Counted from the first letter of the stretch, positions 29,238 to 38,180 are shown. The stretch is DNA of 61,684 nt from Desulfocucumaceae bacterium (GCA_045600185.1 JAZRXK010000086.1:1-61684), one strand, 5' to 3'. Numbers and translations: made by a program. The notes: generated by a model not told the origin, from the letters alone.

Positions 29238-29737
29238 GGCAGTTCCCCTGCCTCTTTAATAAATTCCTGCACCATATCATGCTGCAGATCATCAGTCATT
29301 TGACGACCGACAACTTTATTAGCCACCAGCATGGAAAGAGAAACAACCTGATCCCGAAGTTCGGCCACAGCTTTTTCTTTTTCCCGTTCAATATCGGCCA
29401 GGCTGGATTCTTTAATCCGGCTGGCTTCTTCCTGAGCGGCAGCTAAAATTTGCTGAGCTTGAACTTCAGCACTTTTGGTAGCCTGTTGGATAATGGCCTG
29501 AGCTTCTTCTTTGGTTTTCTGCATTTCTGCCAGATAGCCCTGACGCAAATCCTCTGCTTCTTTTCTTCCCTTTTCAGCCGCTTCAATATCCTCGTTAATA
29601 GCTTCCTGCCGTTTGTTCAAAATATTGACAACCGGTTTGTAAACTACCAGACGAATAAAAATCAGCATAACAATAAAGTTGAAAATCTGCACTGCAATGG
29701 TAGCATTTAAGTGTAAACCATCTAAAATAGCTTCCAT
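29231..29737 (-). CDS. atpF: Fo ATP synthase subunit b
   Basis: 168 aa with a single N-terminal TM segment, then a long charged helix (AQQILAAAQEEASRIKE...). Confidence 0.9.
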   Translation of the reverse strand: MEAILDGLHLNATIAVQIFNFIVMLIFIRLVVYKPVVNILNKRQEAINEDIEAAEKGRKEAEDLRQGYLAEMQKTKEEAQAIIQQATKSAEVQAQQILAAAQEEASRIKESSLADIEREKEKAVAELRDQVVSLSMLVANKVVGRQMTDDLQHDMVQEFIKEAGELPC

Positions 29738-29859
29738 GAGGTTTCTTTACCCCTCCCTTCCTGTTTTAAGCAGAAAGTCAGCCAAGATACTGTTTCAGAA
29801 GTTTATCTGCTTCTGAATTTAACTTTGTGCTTTCTTCTGGAAAAGTTAGTGCCTGTTCC

Positions 29860-29896
29860 AAAAACTATGATAGTGGGAGTTTTCAGACCCACTATC
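29860..29896 (-). terminator. Terminator-like hairpin inside the atp operon (after atpE and its remnant, before atpF)
   Basis: 9-bp stem GATAGTGGG / CCCACTATC with a 10-nt loop, followed on the minus strand by ATAGTTTTTGG. Confidence 0.4.
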
Positions 29897-29949
29897 ACAT
29901 TTTTGGTGATAAATTCAATAAATTGACAATTTTTATTGAACCGATCCAT

Positions 29950-30020
29950 CAAAATGATAATCGGCACGGCCTTAACCAAATTCACCGAAATAAACATATC
30001 AGCCATCAACCGGCTTTGGA
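29950..30020 (-). pseudogene. Decayed partial tandem duplicate of atpE (C-terminal helix of subunit c)
   Basis: Nucleotides 29956-30017 align with atpE 30062-30123 (offset 106 nt; GATAATCGGCA and GAAATAAACATAT-AGCCATCAAC blocks are identical). The frame translation ...QSRLMADMFISVNLVKAVPIIIL compares with atp[24 protein letters not shown]. There is no N-terminal helix and it lies out of frame just after the atpE stop. Confidence 0.65.
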
Positions 30021-30022
30021 TA

Positions 30023-30274
<252 letters not shown>

Positions 30275-30284
30275 TTAAAAAATC

Positions 30285-30421
30285 AGCCTAAACTGTGAAA
30301 TACCCACGCCCGAAAGCGGAGGCTTCTCGCTCAAGCATCATGGCGGATGCAGTAACCACGAGCTAGCCCCGTGTTTCCCACGGTTTTGATTAGTATTGAG
30401 TGAATAAATATCATTTAGGCT
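30285..30421 (-). promoter_or_regulatory. GC-enriched structured element in the unusually long atpB-atpE spacer (unclassified leader RNA or repeat element, copy A)
   Basis: The atpB-atpE spacer is 275 nt. On the minus strand AGCCTAAA (30421-30414) and TTTAGGCT (30292-30285) are perfect inverted repeats. They enclose hairpins CCGTGggaaaCACGG and GCTTgagcgagAAGC. Sequence blocks are shared with 61163-61322. Confidence 0.35.
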
Positions 30422-30431
30422 ATATTGTCAA
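30403..30431 (-). promoter_or_regulatory. Candidate internal sigma-A promoter for atpE
   Basis: Minus strand TTGACA - 17 nt - TTTATT (4/6 match to TATAAT). Confidence 0.3.
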
Positions 30432-30519
30432 TATGAAATTCATTTCATCACCACGAAGGCGATTTTCAGCCGAAAACGCTGCTTCACAATCAGTTAACCA
30501 TTCGTTTAAGGGGAATATC

Positions 30520-31278
30520 TTAATGTTCTTCAGTTGGGATCTGCTGAGCTGTATAAGCAATGGTCAGCATACTGAAAATAAATGCCTGGATACCGCCTAC
30601 AAAGATACTGAAAAGCAGCCAGATTACGCAAACGATAAATCCGCCGCATAAGGTTGCCATGCTGCCAAAAAGGAACAGCAAAACAGAAATCAGAACTTCT
30701 CCGGCATAGATATTCCCGTAGATACGAAAAGCCATTGTAATTGGTTTGGAAACCTCTTCAATAATAGTCAGAGGCAGGAAAACCGGATAAGGTTCAACAT
30801 AATGCTTGAGATAATGTCCTTTTTTATACTTAACCCCTACAACCTGGAACACGAAGAACATGGTTAAGGCCATGCCCAAAGTCGTATTTAAGTTAGCAGT
30901 TGGAGACATCATACTGGGAACCAGACCCCACAGATTGCTTACCAGCAAGAAGGAAAACAAAGTGAAGATCATGCAAACCAGGCCGGCACCTTTCTTGGGA
31001 TCAATACTGTCATAAACCAGGCCTCGCACAAAAGTAAAAAGACTTTCCATTAAGACTTGTCCCTTACCCGGATTTCTGACTTTCATTTTACGGGTTAAAA
31101 GGAAGGTTATCAAAGCCAAAATAATCATAACTGCCCAGGTCATTACTACCACTTTAATGTGGATATTACCAATGGGAGTAGATAAAAGTTCGCCTGTTTC
31201 CCCGGCGTTACCGGCTTCCAGCAATCCCCAGACATCAAGACTATGCTCAACAGCTTCCATACTGTTCGGATCTGCCAT
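30520..31278 (-). CDS. atpB: Fo ATP synthase subunit a
   Basis: About 252 aa, polytopic. ATG 31278 follows GGGGTGAgaaaaaat. The conserved region ...RLFGNIYAGE is represented here by FRIYGNIYAGEVL. Confidence 0.9.
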   Translation of the reverse strand: MADPNSMEAVEHSLDVWGLLEAGNAGETGELLSTPIGNIHIKVVVMTWAVMIILALITFLLTRKMKVRNPGKGQVLMESLFTFVRGLVYDSIDPKKGAGLVCMIFTLFSFLLVSNLWGLVPSMMSPTANLNTTLGMALTMFFVFQVVGVKYKKGHYLKHYVEPYPVFLPLTIIEEVSKPITMAFRIYGNIYAGEVLISVLLFLFGSMATLCGGFIVCVIWLLFSIFVGGIQAFIFSMLTIAYTAQQIPTEEH

Positions 31279-31500
31279 ATTTTTTCTCACCCCTTTCTGT
31301 TCAGGAATAAAAAACTATATTCTTTTGCCGAAAGACAAAAGACCTTGGGCTGTTTGAACATGATTTAATCAATCAGGCAAGAAATGGCAGCTCCGAAGCC
31401 GCCCCAGCTTCAGATAGGCCAATCAGAAAAAATCTGTTTTTGAAATTATCAGACTTAGAAGAAAATCTGAAATTTTCAAGCCCTCACAAAATGAATATTC

Positions 31501-31788
31501 TTAAAGATATTGTTTCAAGGTTTTAATAATTCCCCAAACTCCTGCCGCCATACCCAACAGCACTCCTGCCACTGTCAGCCAGGGCAGGGTATTGAATTTT
31601 TCGTCCAGTTTATGTCCAAAATAAGCCCCGGCTACCGTACAAACGGCCAGTTCAATTCCCAGGGTACTGGTCAGGCTGAAAGCCTGCCAGGCTCCCCAAT
31701 CTTTGGGGGGATTTGGTTTTTGTTCTGCAGGCTGTTCAGACTCCTCAGCAGGCTGAACAGCTTCATCAGGCTTTTTATCCATATCCAT
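31501..31788 (-). CDS. atpZ: AtpZ/AtpI-family small membrane protein preceding the atp operon
   Basis: 95 aa with two TM segments (LGIELAVCTVAGAYFGHKLD ... WLTVAGVLLGMAAGVWGII), typical of the ATPase_gene1 family. Confidence 0.6.
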   Translation of the reverse strand: MDMDKKPDEAVQPAEESEQPAEQKPNPPKDWGAWQAFSLTSTLGIELAVCTVAGAYFGHKLDEKFNTLPWLTVAGVLLGMAAGVWGIIKTLKQYL

Positions 31789-31889
31789 TCAAGCAGACAA
31801 GCAGAAAATGCAAAACCCATTTTTAAAGCTTAGATTCTACATCACTCTACCTGATTCCTCCACATTTTCAGATTCTTTAAGCGAAATTT

Positions 31890-33023
31890 TTAAGACGGCT
31901 TAAATTCCTCTGGAAAACTCTTTTGATAATCATAATAATTCAAAAGGTATTGCACAATTCGCCGGGCTGCCTGTCCATCTCCATAAGGATTAACCGCTTC
32001 GCTCATTTGAGCATAATATTCCGGATCGTCCAGCAATCTGGAAACCTCACTAAGAATCCGGTTATAATCAGTACCTGTCAGACGCACTGTTCCAGCCATC
32101 ACTGCTTCCGGTCTTTCCGTAGTATTCCGCAGAACCAGAACCGGCTTGCCCAAAGAAGGAGCTTCTTCCTGCATTCCCCCGGAATCGGTTAAAACCAGAT
32201 AACTTTTTTGCATTAAATGAACAAAAGGATGATAATCCAAAGGCTCAATCAAAGTAACCTGTTCCAGACTGCCCAATTCTTCTTCCACCACCTGCCGCAC
32301 CAGGGGATTGCGATGCACTGGAAAAACAATTTGAACATTTTGATAAGAGCGAATTACTTCTGCCAGGGCTCGATAAATTTGCCGCATGGGCTCGCCCAGA
32401 TTTTCCCGGCGGTGAGTAGTCACCAGCAAAACCCGCTCCCTGGTCAGCTCAAAAGGCAGGGTACAATCTTTGGCCACCGTATCCAGCAAGGCATCAATTA
32501 CCGTATTACCGGTAACAAAAATCTGTTCAGGATCAATGCCTTCCCGCAGGAGATTTTCTCTGGCCTGAGCAGTAGGAGCAAAATGCAGATCAGCCAGAAC
32601 CCCGGTTAAATGGCGATTTATTTCTTCCGGGAAAGGCGAATATTTGTCAAAGGTTCGCAGACCGGCTTCCACATGAGCCACTGGAATTTGCAGATAATAA
32701 GCGGCCAAAGCCGCGGTAAAGGTAGTGCTGGTATCTCCATGCACCAAAACCAGATCCGGTTTTTCCAGCGACAGAATTTCTCCCAGACCCTGCAAAACCC
32801 GACTGGTAATATCAAACAGGCTTTGCCCCGGCTTCATAATATTCAAATCATAGTCCGGTTTAATCTGAAACAAATTTAAAACCTGATCCAGCATTTCCCG
32901 ATGCTGAGCCGTTACCAGAACCAGACATTGAAACTGCTCCGGATATTTTTGCAGTTCCTTGACCACCGGAGCCATTTTAATGGCTTCCGGTCTGGTACCA
33001 AATATTGTTATTATTTTTTTCAT
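31890..33023 (-). CDS. wecB: UDP-N-acetylglucosamine 2-epimerase (non-hydrolysing)
   Basis: [20 protein letters not shown]..., HGDTSTT, and [27 protein letters not shown] are diagnostic. Confidence 0.9.
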   Translation of the reverse strand: MKKIITIFGTRPEAIKMAPVVKELQKYPEQFQCLVLVTAQHREMLDQVLNLFQIKPDYDLNIMKPGQSLFDITSRVLQGLGEILSLEKPDLVLVHGDTSTTFTAALAAYYLQIPVAHVEAGLRTFDKYSPFPEEINRHLTGVLADLHFAPTAQARENLLREGIDPEQIFVTGNTVIDALLDTVAKDCTLPFELTRERVLLVTTHRRENLGEPMRQIYRALAEVIRSYQNVQIVFPVHRNPLVRQVVEEELGSLEQVTLIEPLDYHPFVHLMQKSYLVLTDSGGMQEEAPSLGKPVLVLRNTTERPEAVMAGTVRLTGTDYNRILSEVSRLLDDPEYYAQMSEAVNPYGDGQAARRIVQYLLNYYDYQKSFPEEFKPS

Positions 33024-33188
33024 GACTTCAGACCTCAAATCCAAAAATCAAAATAAACCCACTTAGATCAGTATAACTTAAAATAACCCTGCAAAGCAAC
33101 CAAAAATATTCCGAATTATCTTTTTTGAAGGAGGATTTTCAACAAAGTTTTAGAATATTCCCCAGATAACCAACTCCAGGAGGCATTT

Positions 33189-35081
33189 ATGATGGGTAAA
33201 AAGATCTTTGTTTCTCCCGTTCTGACCTGTTTAATTATTTTGTTAATCCTGGCTGTACTTATTATTCTGACTATCAATCTGATTTCAGCTTCCAGCCATA
33301 AAGAATTCATTTCCAGCAATCAAGGACTCATTGTCAAAACCGAAACCAGATCCGGCTTTCTGGCTTCCATGCCAACCCGAAGCCGCCAATATACCTTTAG
33401 TAATGGCAATAATTTCAGGCAGGAACAGGTTAAATTTAAAAACAGCTCCAAAGATCCCGTCAAGCTTGCGACTTATACTTTGCCGGGACAAAAGGGAACT
33501 ATTGTTTATTATAACAAAAATGAACAAAAATGGGTTGAAGATACTTTACAGCCCGGAACTCTTCCGGAGCAAACTCTATATCTGATTGCCAATGACAATG
33601 GGCAAAAAAGTTATTTACTATTGAGCCAGCCTTTGGCCTATCGAGCCGAAAATGATTATCTTTTGCAATACATATCGTCCAATAATGGTTATATCGAGGC
33701 AGAATATTCTCAGGGCAAATTTTATCTGCATCAAATGGTTTTACCTTCTGCCAACACGCAAATTGAATATTGGAGTCTCAGTTCTTCAGTTCCTTTAATT
33801 GACTGGAGTTCTGATACCAATCAGGCCATCTGGGCAGGTTATTTATTAAATGATGAAAACCGCTTCAATTATGATGGTTATTATTATGACAGCAATGAAT
33901 ATGCTCCACCCACGCCCAACAGCTTTAAATTGACTCCTTCCGCTTATGTAACCAATGGAATGATTCAAACCGGAGGTTCTTTGGCTTCTGAGCAAATAGG
34001 CATAGCCATGTTGGATATTCTGCAAAAGCAGCAAAATTCCGCCGGTTATTTTCCCAGTCAGGCCGAAAGCATCTGGTTAAAAGAAAGTTATAATCTGGGT
34101 GGAAACTATTATGATACTCGTTTTTGCACTGACCTGGCTCACACCTATTTAATTGCCTATCAAAAATTCGGCATCCGCTCTTTTTATCAGACTGCCAATC
34201 AATATGGCCAGTTTTTTTTAAATTACGCTCAAAATCATCATTTTTCTTTGAGTTCCAAGGATAGTGATTGGTTAATTGAAGATTATTGGCAGCCAAAAAG
34301 TTCCATGACTTTCCATGCCTCCTTAAACCACCAGCTTAAAGAAATTTTGTTTCTTTATGATTTGGCTTCCACCTCCCAAAACAATGCTTATACCAGGCTG
34401 GCCAATAAAATGCTGAATGGTCTGAAGCATACCACTGATCTTTGGATTTTGCCTGATCATAATTTAAACTATGCTTTTAAAGCAGATGGCAGCAGCATTG
34501 GCAGTGATTATCCTTACTTAACCTATAACGATTTACTTAACCTGCAAAATATGCTGTTCAAACGCAATGGCAAAAAAGATGCGGATCTGCAAAAACTGCT
34601 TGATGCCAAAAAGCAATGGATGAAAGACAACCAGGTTACTGGCTATGTCTCTGAACAAAGCTCTTTCCAAACCACTCCCAGCCAGGTGGAAATTTCCATT
34701 GATGGGCAAAAGCAAATCTATACTGTTTATAATATTCGTGGCCACAATTATTTTAGGCTGCGGGATCTGGCCTGTGCTTTAAATTCCACGGCCAAGCCTT
34801 GTGATCTCAAATGGGAACAGGGAACCATTAAAATTATTCCCGGCCAAAACTACAGCGGAACAGCTGACCTGGCTGATATTCCTCTGGAACCAACTGTCGG
34901 TTATATTAAACCCACTAAAATTTTTCTGGGGAATACACAAAAATACCTGACCACCTATAATATTAACAATTATACTTATTTCAAATTGCGGAATATAGCC
35001 AAAATGCTGGATATAGGTTTAACCTGGCAGGACAACCAAATCTTTTTAGACAGCAATTCCAGTTACGATTCGGAATTTTAG
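33189..35081 (+). CDS. Membrane-anchored extracytoplasmic protein with two C-terminal copper-amine-oxidase-N-terminal-like (stalk) repeats
   Basis: 630 aa with an N-terminal TM segment. The C-terminal repeats are ...YTVYNIRGHNYFRLRDLACALNST... and ...TTYNINNYTYFKLRNIAKMLDIGLTW... The central domain is unassigned. Confidence 0.6.
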   Translation: MMGKKIFVSPVLTCLIILLILAVLIILTINLISASSHKEFISSNQGLIVKTETRSGFLASMPTRSRQYTFSNGNNFRQEQVKFKNSSKDPVKLATYTLPGQKGTIVYYNKNEQKWVEDTLQPGTLPEQTLYLIANDNGQKSYLLLSQPLAYRAENDYLLQYISSNNGYIEAEYSQGKFYLHQMVLPSANTQIEYWSLSSSVPLIDWSSDTNQAIWAGYLLNDENRFNYDGYYYDSNEYAPPTPNSFKLTPSAYVTNGMIQTGGSLASEQIGIAMLDILQKQQNSAGYFPSQAESIWLKESYNLGGNYYDTRFCTDLAHTYLIAYQKFGIRSFYQTANQYGQFFLNYAQNHHFSLSSKDSDWLIEDYWQPKSSMTFHASLNHQLKEILFLYDLASTSQNNAYTRLANKMLNGLKHTTDLWILPDHNLNYAFKADGSSIGSDYPYLTYNDLLNLQNMLFKRNGKKDADLQKLLDAKKQWMKDNQVTGYVSEQSSFQTTPSQVEISIDGQKQIYTVYNIRGHNYFRLRDLACALNSTAKPCDLKWEQGTIKIIPGQNYSGTADLADIPLEPTVGYIKPTKIFLGNTQKYLTTYNINNYTYFKLRNIAKMLDIGLTWQDNQIFLDSNSSYDSEF

Positions 35082-35110
35082 TCTTTAAGCTCGGTTTCCA
35101 ACTAAAAAAA

Positions 35111-35139
35111 CAGCTTTTAAGATTTATCTCAAAAGCTGC
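35111..35139. terminator. Bidirectional terminator hairpin
   Basis: CAGCTTTT aagatttatctc AAAAGCTG with a preceding A-run. It lies between the convergent genes 33189-35081 (+) and 35150-35257 (-). Confidence 0.5.
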
Positions 35140-35149
35140 CTTCAATTTA

Positions 35150-35257
35150 TTATTTATCACTTACTCCACAACAACTGCAACCGCAGGAACCGGAGAAAAT
35201 CAGAAGAATTAAAATTAAGAATAACAGAAAACCTCCATCACAGCCACATCCGCACAT
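35150..35257 (-). CDS. YjcZ-like tiny transmembrane sporulation-type protein, Cys-rich (35 aa); not in the ORF track
   Basis: GGGAGGA RBS 6 nt before the ATG. Translation is MCGCGCDGGFLLFLILILLIFSGSCGCSCCGVSDK. The GGF-hydrophobic core matches the tiny-TM YjcZ family pattern. Confidence 0.6.
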   Translation of the reverse strand: MCGCGCDGGFLLFLILILLIFSGSCGCSCCGVSDK

Positions 35258-35280
35258 GATTTGTCCTCCCTTTTAGTTAA

Positions 35281-35427
35281 TTAGTCACTGATGGCACAGG
35301 TTCCACAGCTGCCCCAGCCACAGGAGAACATTAAGAGAATCAGAATCAGGAATAACATAAAGCTGCCTTCTCCACAGCCGCAGCCACTATTGCAACCGCC
35401 GCCACAACCACCACAACCATAAGCCAT
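35281..35427 (-). CDS. YjcZ-like tiny transmembrane sporulation-type protein, Cys-rich (48 aa); not in the ORF track
   Basis: AGGAGG RBS 9 nt before the ATG. Translation is MAYGCGGCGGGCNSGCGCGEGSFMLFLILILLMFSCGWGSCGTCAISD. Confidence 0.6.
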   Translation of the reverse strand: MAYGCGGCGGGCNSGCGCGEGSFMLFLILILLMFSCGWGSCGTCAISD

Positions 35428-35504
35428 AAAAAAATACCTCCTTTGTTTTAAGCTTTTAACTTTCAGCTTATGTTGTAGTTTATGCAGTTACCGGATAAGA
35501 GGTG

Positions 35505-36449
35505 CTAAAAACCGCTGGAATTAAGTTGCTGATAATTGGCCAGACTAACTCCAGTATAATAATGCTGCAAAATGGCCTGATAATCATACCCCTGTTCCGC
35601 ATATCCTTTGGCTCCATACTGGCACATTCCCACCCCATGTCCATGTCCAATGGTTTGCACTTCCCAGCCGCTCTCCCTGTTTTCAATGCTGAAATTCATG
35701 GAACGCAAATTCAATCGCTGGCGTAATTCCGTTGCTGAATATTCCTGACCATCCACCAGATAAACCTCCGGATTGCCAGTGGCAGCATAAGCAATCACTC
35801 CCACCGGAGGAGAAGATTTCTGCGAATCCAACTGCAAGGCGGAAATAATTTCTTTTCCTTCTAATAAAACACTTTGAAAGGGCTGAGGATCGGCATCATA
35901 AGGGCAATCCACCGCCCGCAAATAGGCCAGACTGCTTGACCAGACTTCTTCAGAATTGCGAGTACCTTCTCCCCCGCAGGAAGCATGATAAACCGGATCA
36001 ATAAGCTGATCTTCCCAAATTAAGACTTGTCCCTGAGTAGCTGCTACCGCCTGTTTTATTTTTTGTTCATAATCCGCATAATCCCAGCTCCAATTTTCTT
36101 TTCTCTGGGCTGGTGAGATCCAAGCTTGAAAATGTTGAGGATCGTCACAAGCTACGGCCTGAGCATGTTGGACATTCTCCCCCTGCTGCACCCTTTTCAA
36201 AACATAAGTTCGAGCCGCTACTGCCTGAGCTTTCAAAGCCTCCATTGGAAAAGCAGCCGGCATTTCCGCCGCCACCACTCCCACAACATATTCTTCCAGA
36301 GGAATTTCCAAGACTTCGCCTGTTTCATGCACATATAAGGAAATTGTTTCCCCTGATTCCAAAGTAATTTCAGGAACTTCTTCCAGATTCCAGCTCCAGA
36401 TTAAAACCAGCACCAAAGCCACCAATAAAACTGCTTTGAAAATTTTCAT
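35505..36449 (-). CDS. spoIID: Stage II sporulation protein D (lytic transglycosylase)
   Basis: Signal/TM start MKIFKAVLLVALVLVLIW. Diagnostic motifs YHASCGG and GHGHGVGMCQYGA. Confidence 0.9.
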   Translation of the reverse strand: MKIFKAVLLVALVLVLIWSWNLEEVPEITLESGETISLYVHETGEVLEIPLEEYVVGVVAAEMPAAFPMEALKAQAVAARTYVLKRVQQGENVQHAQAVACDDPQHFQAWISPAQRKENWSWDYADYEQKIKQAVAATQGQVLIWEDQLIDPVYHASCGGEGTRNSEEVWSSSLAYLRAVDCPYDADPQPFQSVLLEGKEIISALQLDSQKSSPPVGVIAYAATGNPEVYLVDGQEYSATELRQRLNLRSMNFSIENRESGWEVQTIGHGHGVGMCQYGAKGYAEQGYDYQAILQHYYTGVSLANYQQLNSSGF

Positions 36450-36648
36450 TTTTTCCACCCCATTTTCCAACCTCTAAAATATTTATTCGCCGGCTGCGGA
36501 GCTTATAACCACAGCTTCCGTTTTTGAGCATTTTTCCTGTTCTCGTCGAAAAAAGTCAACAGCCAGCAAAACGGGCTTTATCTGTAGAACATAAAAGCTT
36601 TGGCGAAGGCTAATTCTATCTTACAGTCAAAAAAAAGGAGGTGTTAAT

Positions 36649-37665
36649 ATGCCAAAAATTTCCCGCCTGACTTTGATTCTGGTTTTGCTGTTCAGCCTGA
36701 GCGGCAGTTATGCCTGGGCTGCTCCGCAAATTATTCCCGGCGGGCAGGCTGTTGGTCTGGTCATTAACCAGGAAGGTCTTCTGGTGGTCAAAACTTTGCC
36801 CATTACCAATGATCAGGGGCAAAAAATTAACCCGGCTCAAGAAGCCGGCATTCAACCCGGAGACTTAATTTTAAGCCTGGACGGAGTTTCCGTCCAAAAA
36901 CAAAACCAAATCAGCGAAATTCTCCGCAAAGGTCAGGGGAAAACAATCGAAATCCGGATTAAACGCCAGAAGCAGGAAAAAACCTTGACGGTGCAGCCGG
37001 TTTATTCTGCTCAAAGCCAGCAGTATAAAATTGGCATCACCGTTTTGGAGGGCGTTTCCGGCATTGGTACTCTTAGTTTTTACTGCCCGAGCCATAATTA
37101 TTACGGAGCTTTGGGACATATCGTTAATGATTCCCACACTGGAAACAGGCTGGAAATTAAACAGGGGAAAATTTGCGGAGCCTTAATCAAGGGCATTCAT
37201 CAGGCTCAAAAAGGCAAACCGGGTGAAAAAATCGGCTGTCTGGAAGAAAATTCTGCTTTACAAGGTCAGATAGAAAAAAACACCTCTTTTGGTGTCTTTG
37301 GCCATCTTGCCCAACTGCCCGAAAATTTTTATTCCGCTTCTCCCATGGAAGTTGCTGAAATATCCCAAATTGAAACTGGTCAGGCTGAAATGCTGACCGT
37401 GCTGAACGGGAATAAGGTGGAAAAATTTACGGTGGAAATTGAACAGATTCAACTGAATTCAAAAGGAAGGGATCTGATTATTAAAGTTACCGACCCTCGT
37501 TTGCTGGAGCAATGCGGCGGAATTATTCAAGGTATGAGCGGCAGTCCCATTATTCAAAATAATCTTTTTGTGGGAGCAGTTACCCATGTTTTGATAAATG
37601 ATCCCCTGCGAGGCTATGCCGTAACTGGGAAAAGGATGCTGGAAGCTGCTGCAATTACCGCTTAA
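36649..37665 (+). CDS. spoIVB: SpoIVB peptidase (S55) with PDZ domain
   Basis: 338 aa with a signal peptide. PDZ segment GIQPGDLILSLDGVSV, catalytic-serine context QGMSGSPI, and a GALGH segment. Confidence 0.9.
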   Translation: MPKISRLTLILVLLFSLSGSYAWAAPQIIPGGQAVGLVINQEGLLVVKTLPITNDQGQKINPAQEAGIQPGDLILSLDGVSVQKQNQISEILRKGQGKTIEIRIKRQKQEKTLTVQPVYSAQSQQYKIGITVLEGVSGIGTLSFYCPSHNYYGALGHIVNDSHTGNRLEIKQGKICGALIKGIHQAQKGKPGEKIGCLEENSALQGQIEKNTSFGVFGHLAQLPENFYSASPMEVAEISQIETGQAEMLTVLNGNKVEKFTVEIEQIQLNSKGRDLIIKVTDPRLLEQCGGIIQGMSGSPIIQNNLFVGAVTHVLINDPLRGYAVTGKRMLEAAAITA

Positions 37666-37756
37666 TCAGAGTTTATGAACCCTCTCCCATTGAGGGCTCA
37701 TAAGCCTTAAATCACATTTTTTCTGAAAAAAATTTAAGCTGGAGCTTTTTTAATAG

Positions 37757-37785
37757 TTGCTTTTTTATTTTGCTCATGCTAAAAT
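37757..37785 (+). promoter_or_regulatory. Sigma-A-type promoter (first copy of the duplicated rpsT upstream unit)
   Basis: TTGCTT - 17 nt - TAAAAT. Confidence 0.5.
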
Positions 37786-37881
37786 TAAACAAATGGGGAG
37801 GTGAGAAAATATGTGTATGTGGTGGTATTAGTTATTTATTTTGCTCATGCTAAAATTAAACAAATGGGGAGGTGAAAAAGT
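37765..37881 (+). repeat. Direct duplication (46 nt, 44/46 identical, period 71 nt) of the rpsT -10/5'UTR/RBS region
   Basis: 37765-37810 and 37836-37881 both read TTATTTTGCTCATGCTAAAATTAAACAAATGGGGAGGTGA.AAA.T. The first copy is followed by the mini-ORF ATG TGT ATG TGG TGG TAT TAG (37811-37831), the second by the rpsT GTG. Confidence 0.85.
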
Positions 37882-38143
37882 GCCTAATATTAAATCTGCA
37901 ATCAGAAGAGTCAACATCACCAAAAAAAGAACTCTGAGAAATGTTAGACTGAGATCTGCTTTGCGGACAGTCCTGCGTCATTTTGACGAAGCAGTGGTCA
38001 GTGATAACAAAGAAGATGCTTACGCCAAATTAAAAACCGCTAACCGGGCTTTGGATAAAGCAGTTACCAAAGGAATCCTGCATAAAAAGACTGCATCCCG
38101 CAAAAAATCCCGTTTAACTCGTCGTTACAATAAATCTTTCTAA
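37880..38143 (+). CDS. rpsT: 30S ribosomal protein S20
   Basis: GTG start 6 nt after GGAGGTGA. Translation (V)PNIKSAIRRVNITKKRTLRN..., 87 aa, is the classic S20 N-terminus. The longer track ORF start is rejected. Confidence 0.9.
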   Translation: MPNIKSAIRRVNITKKRTLRNVRLRSALRTVLRHFDEAVVSDNKEDAYAKLKTANRALDKAVTKGILHKKTASRKKSRLTRRYNKSF

Positions 38144-38150
38144 TAAACGC

Positions 38151-38172
38151 CACCACTGAGGTGGTGTTTTTG
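38151..38172 (+). terminator. rpsT rho-independent terminator
   Basis: CACCAC tgag GTGGTG followed by TTTTTGTTTT. Confidence 0.7.
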
Positions 38173-38180
38173 TTTTCTTA

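Noticed and set aside
29803-30009. 68-aa ORF between atpE and atpF as a real gene
   Set aside because: Its only protein-like part is the decayed copy of atpE helix 2. The rest reads through a terminator-like hairpin. It is treated as a pseudogene remnant.
30285-30421. Na+ (DUF1646-type) or other known riboswitch controlling atpE
   Set aside because: I could not match any riboswitch consensus from memory. The c subunit has an H+-type site (N in the helix-1 position, E-A-M in helix 2), which removes the rationale for Na+ sensing. It is left as unclassified.
33846-34296. Minus-strand ORFs 33846-34034 and 33925-34296, and similar short antisense ORFs throughout (e.g. 8568-8768, 9139-9390, 19430-19681, 38769-39395)
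   Set aside because: They are embedded antisense in well-supported genes, with no RBS or recognisable motifs.
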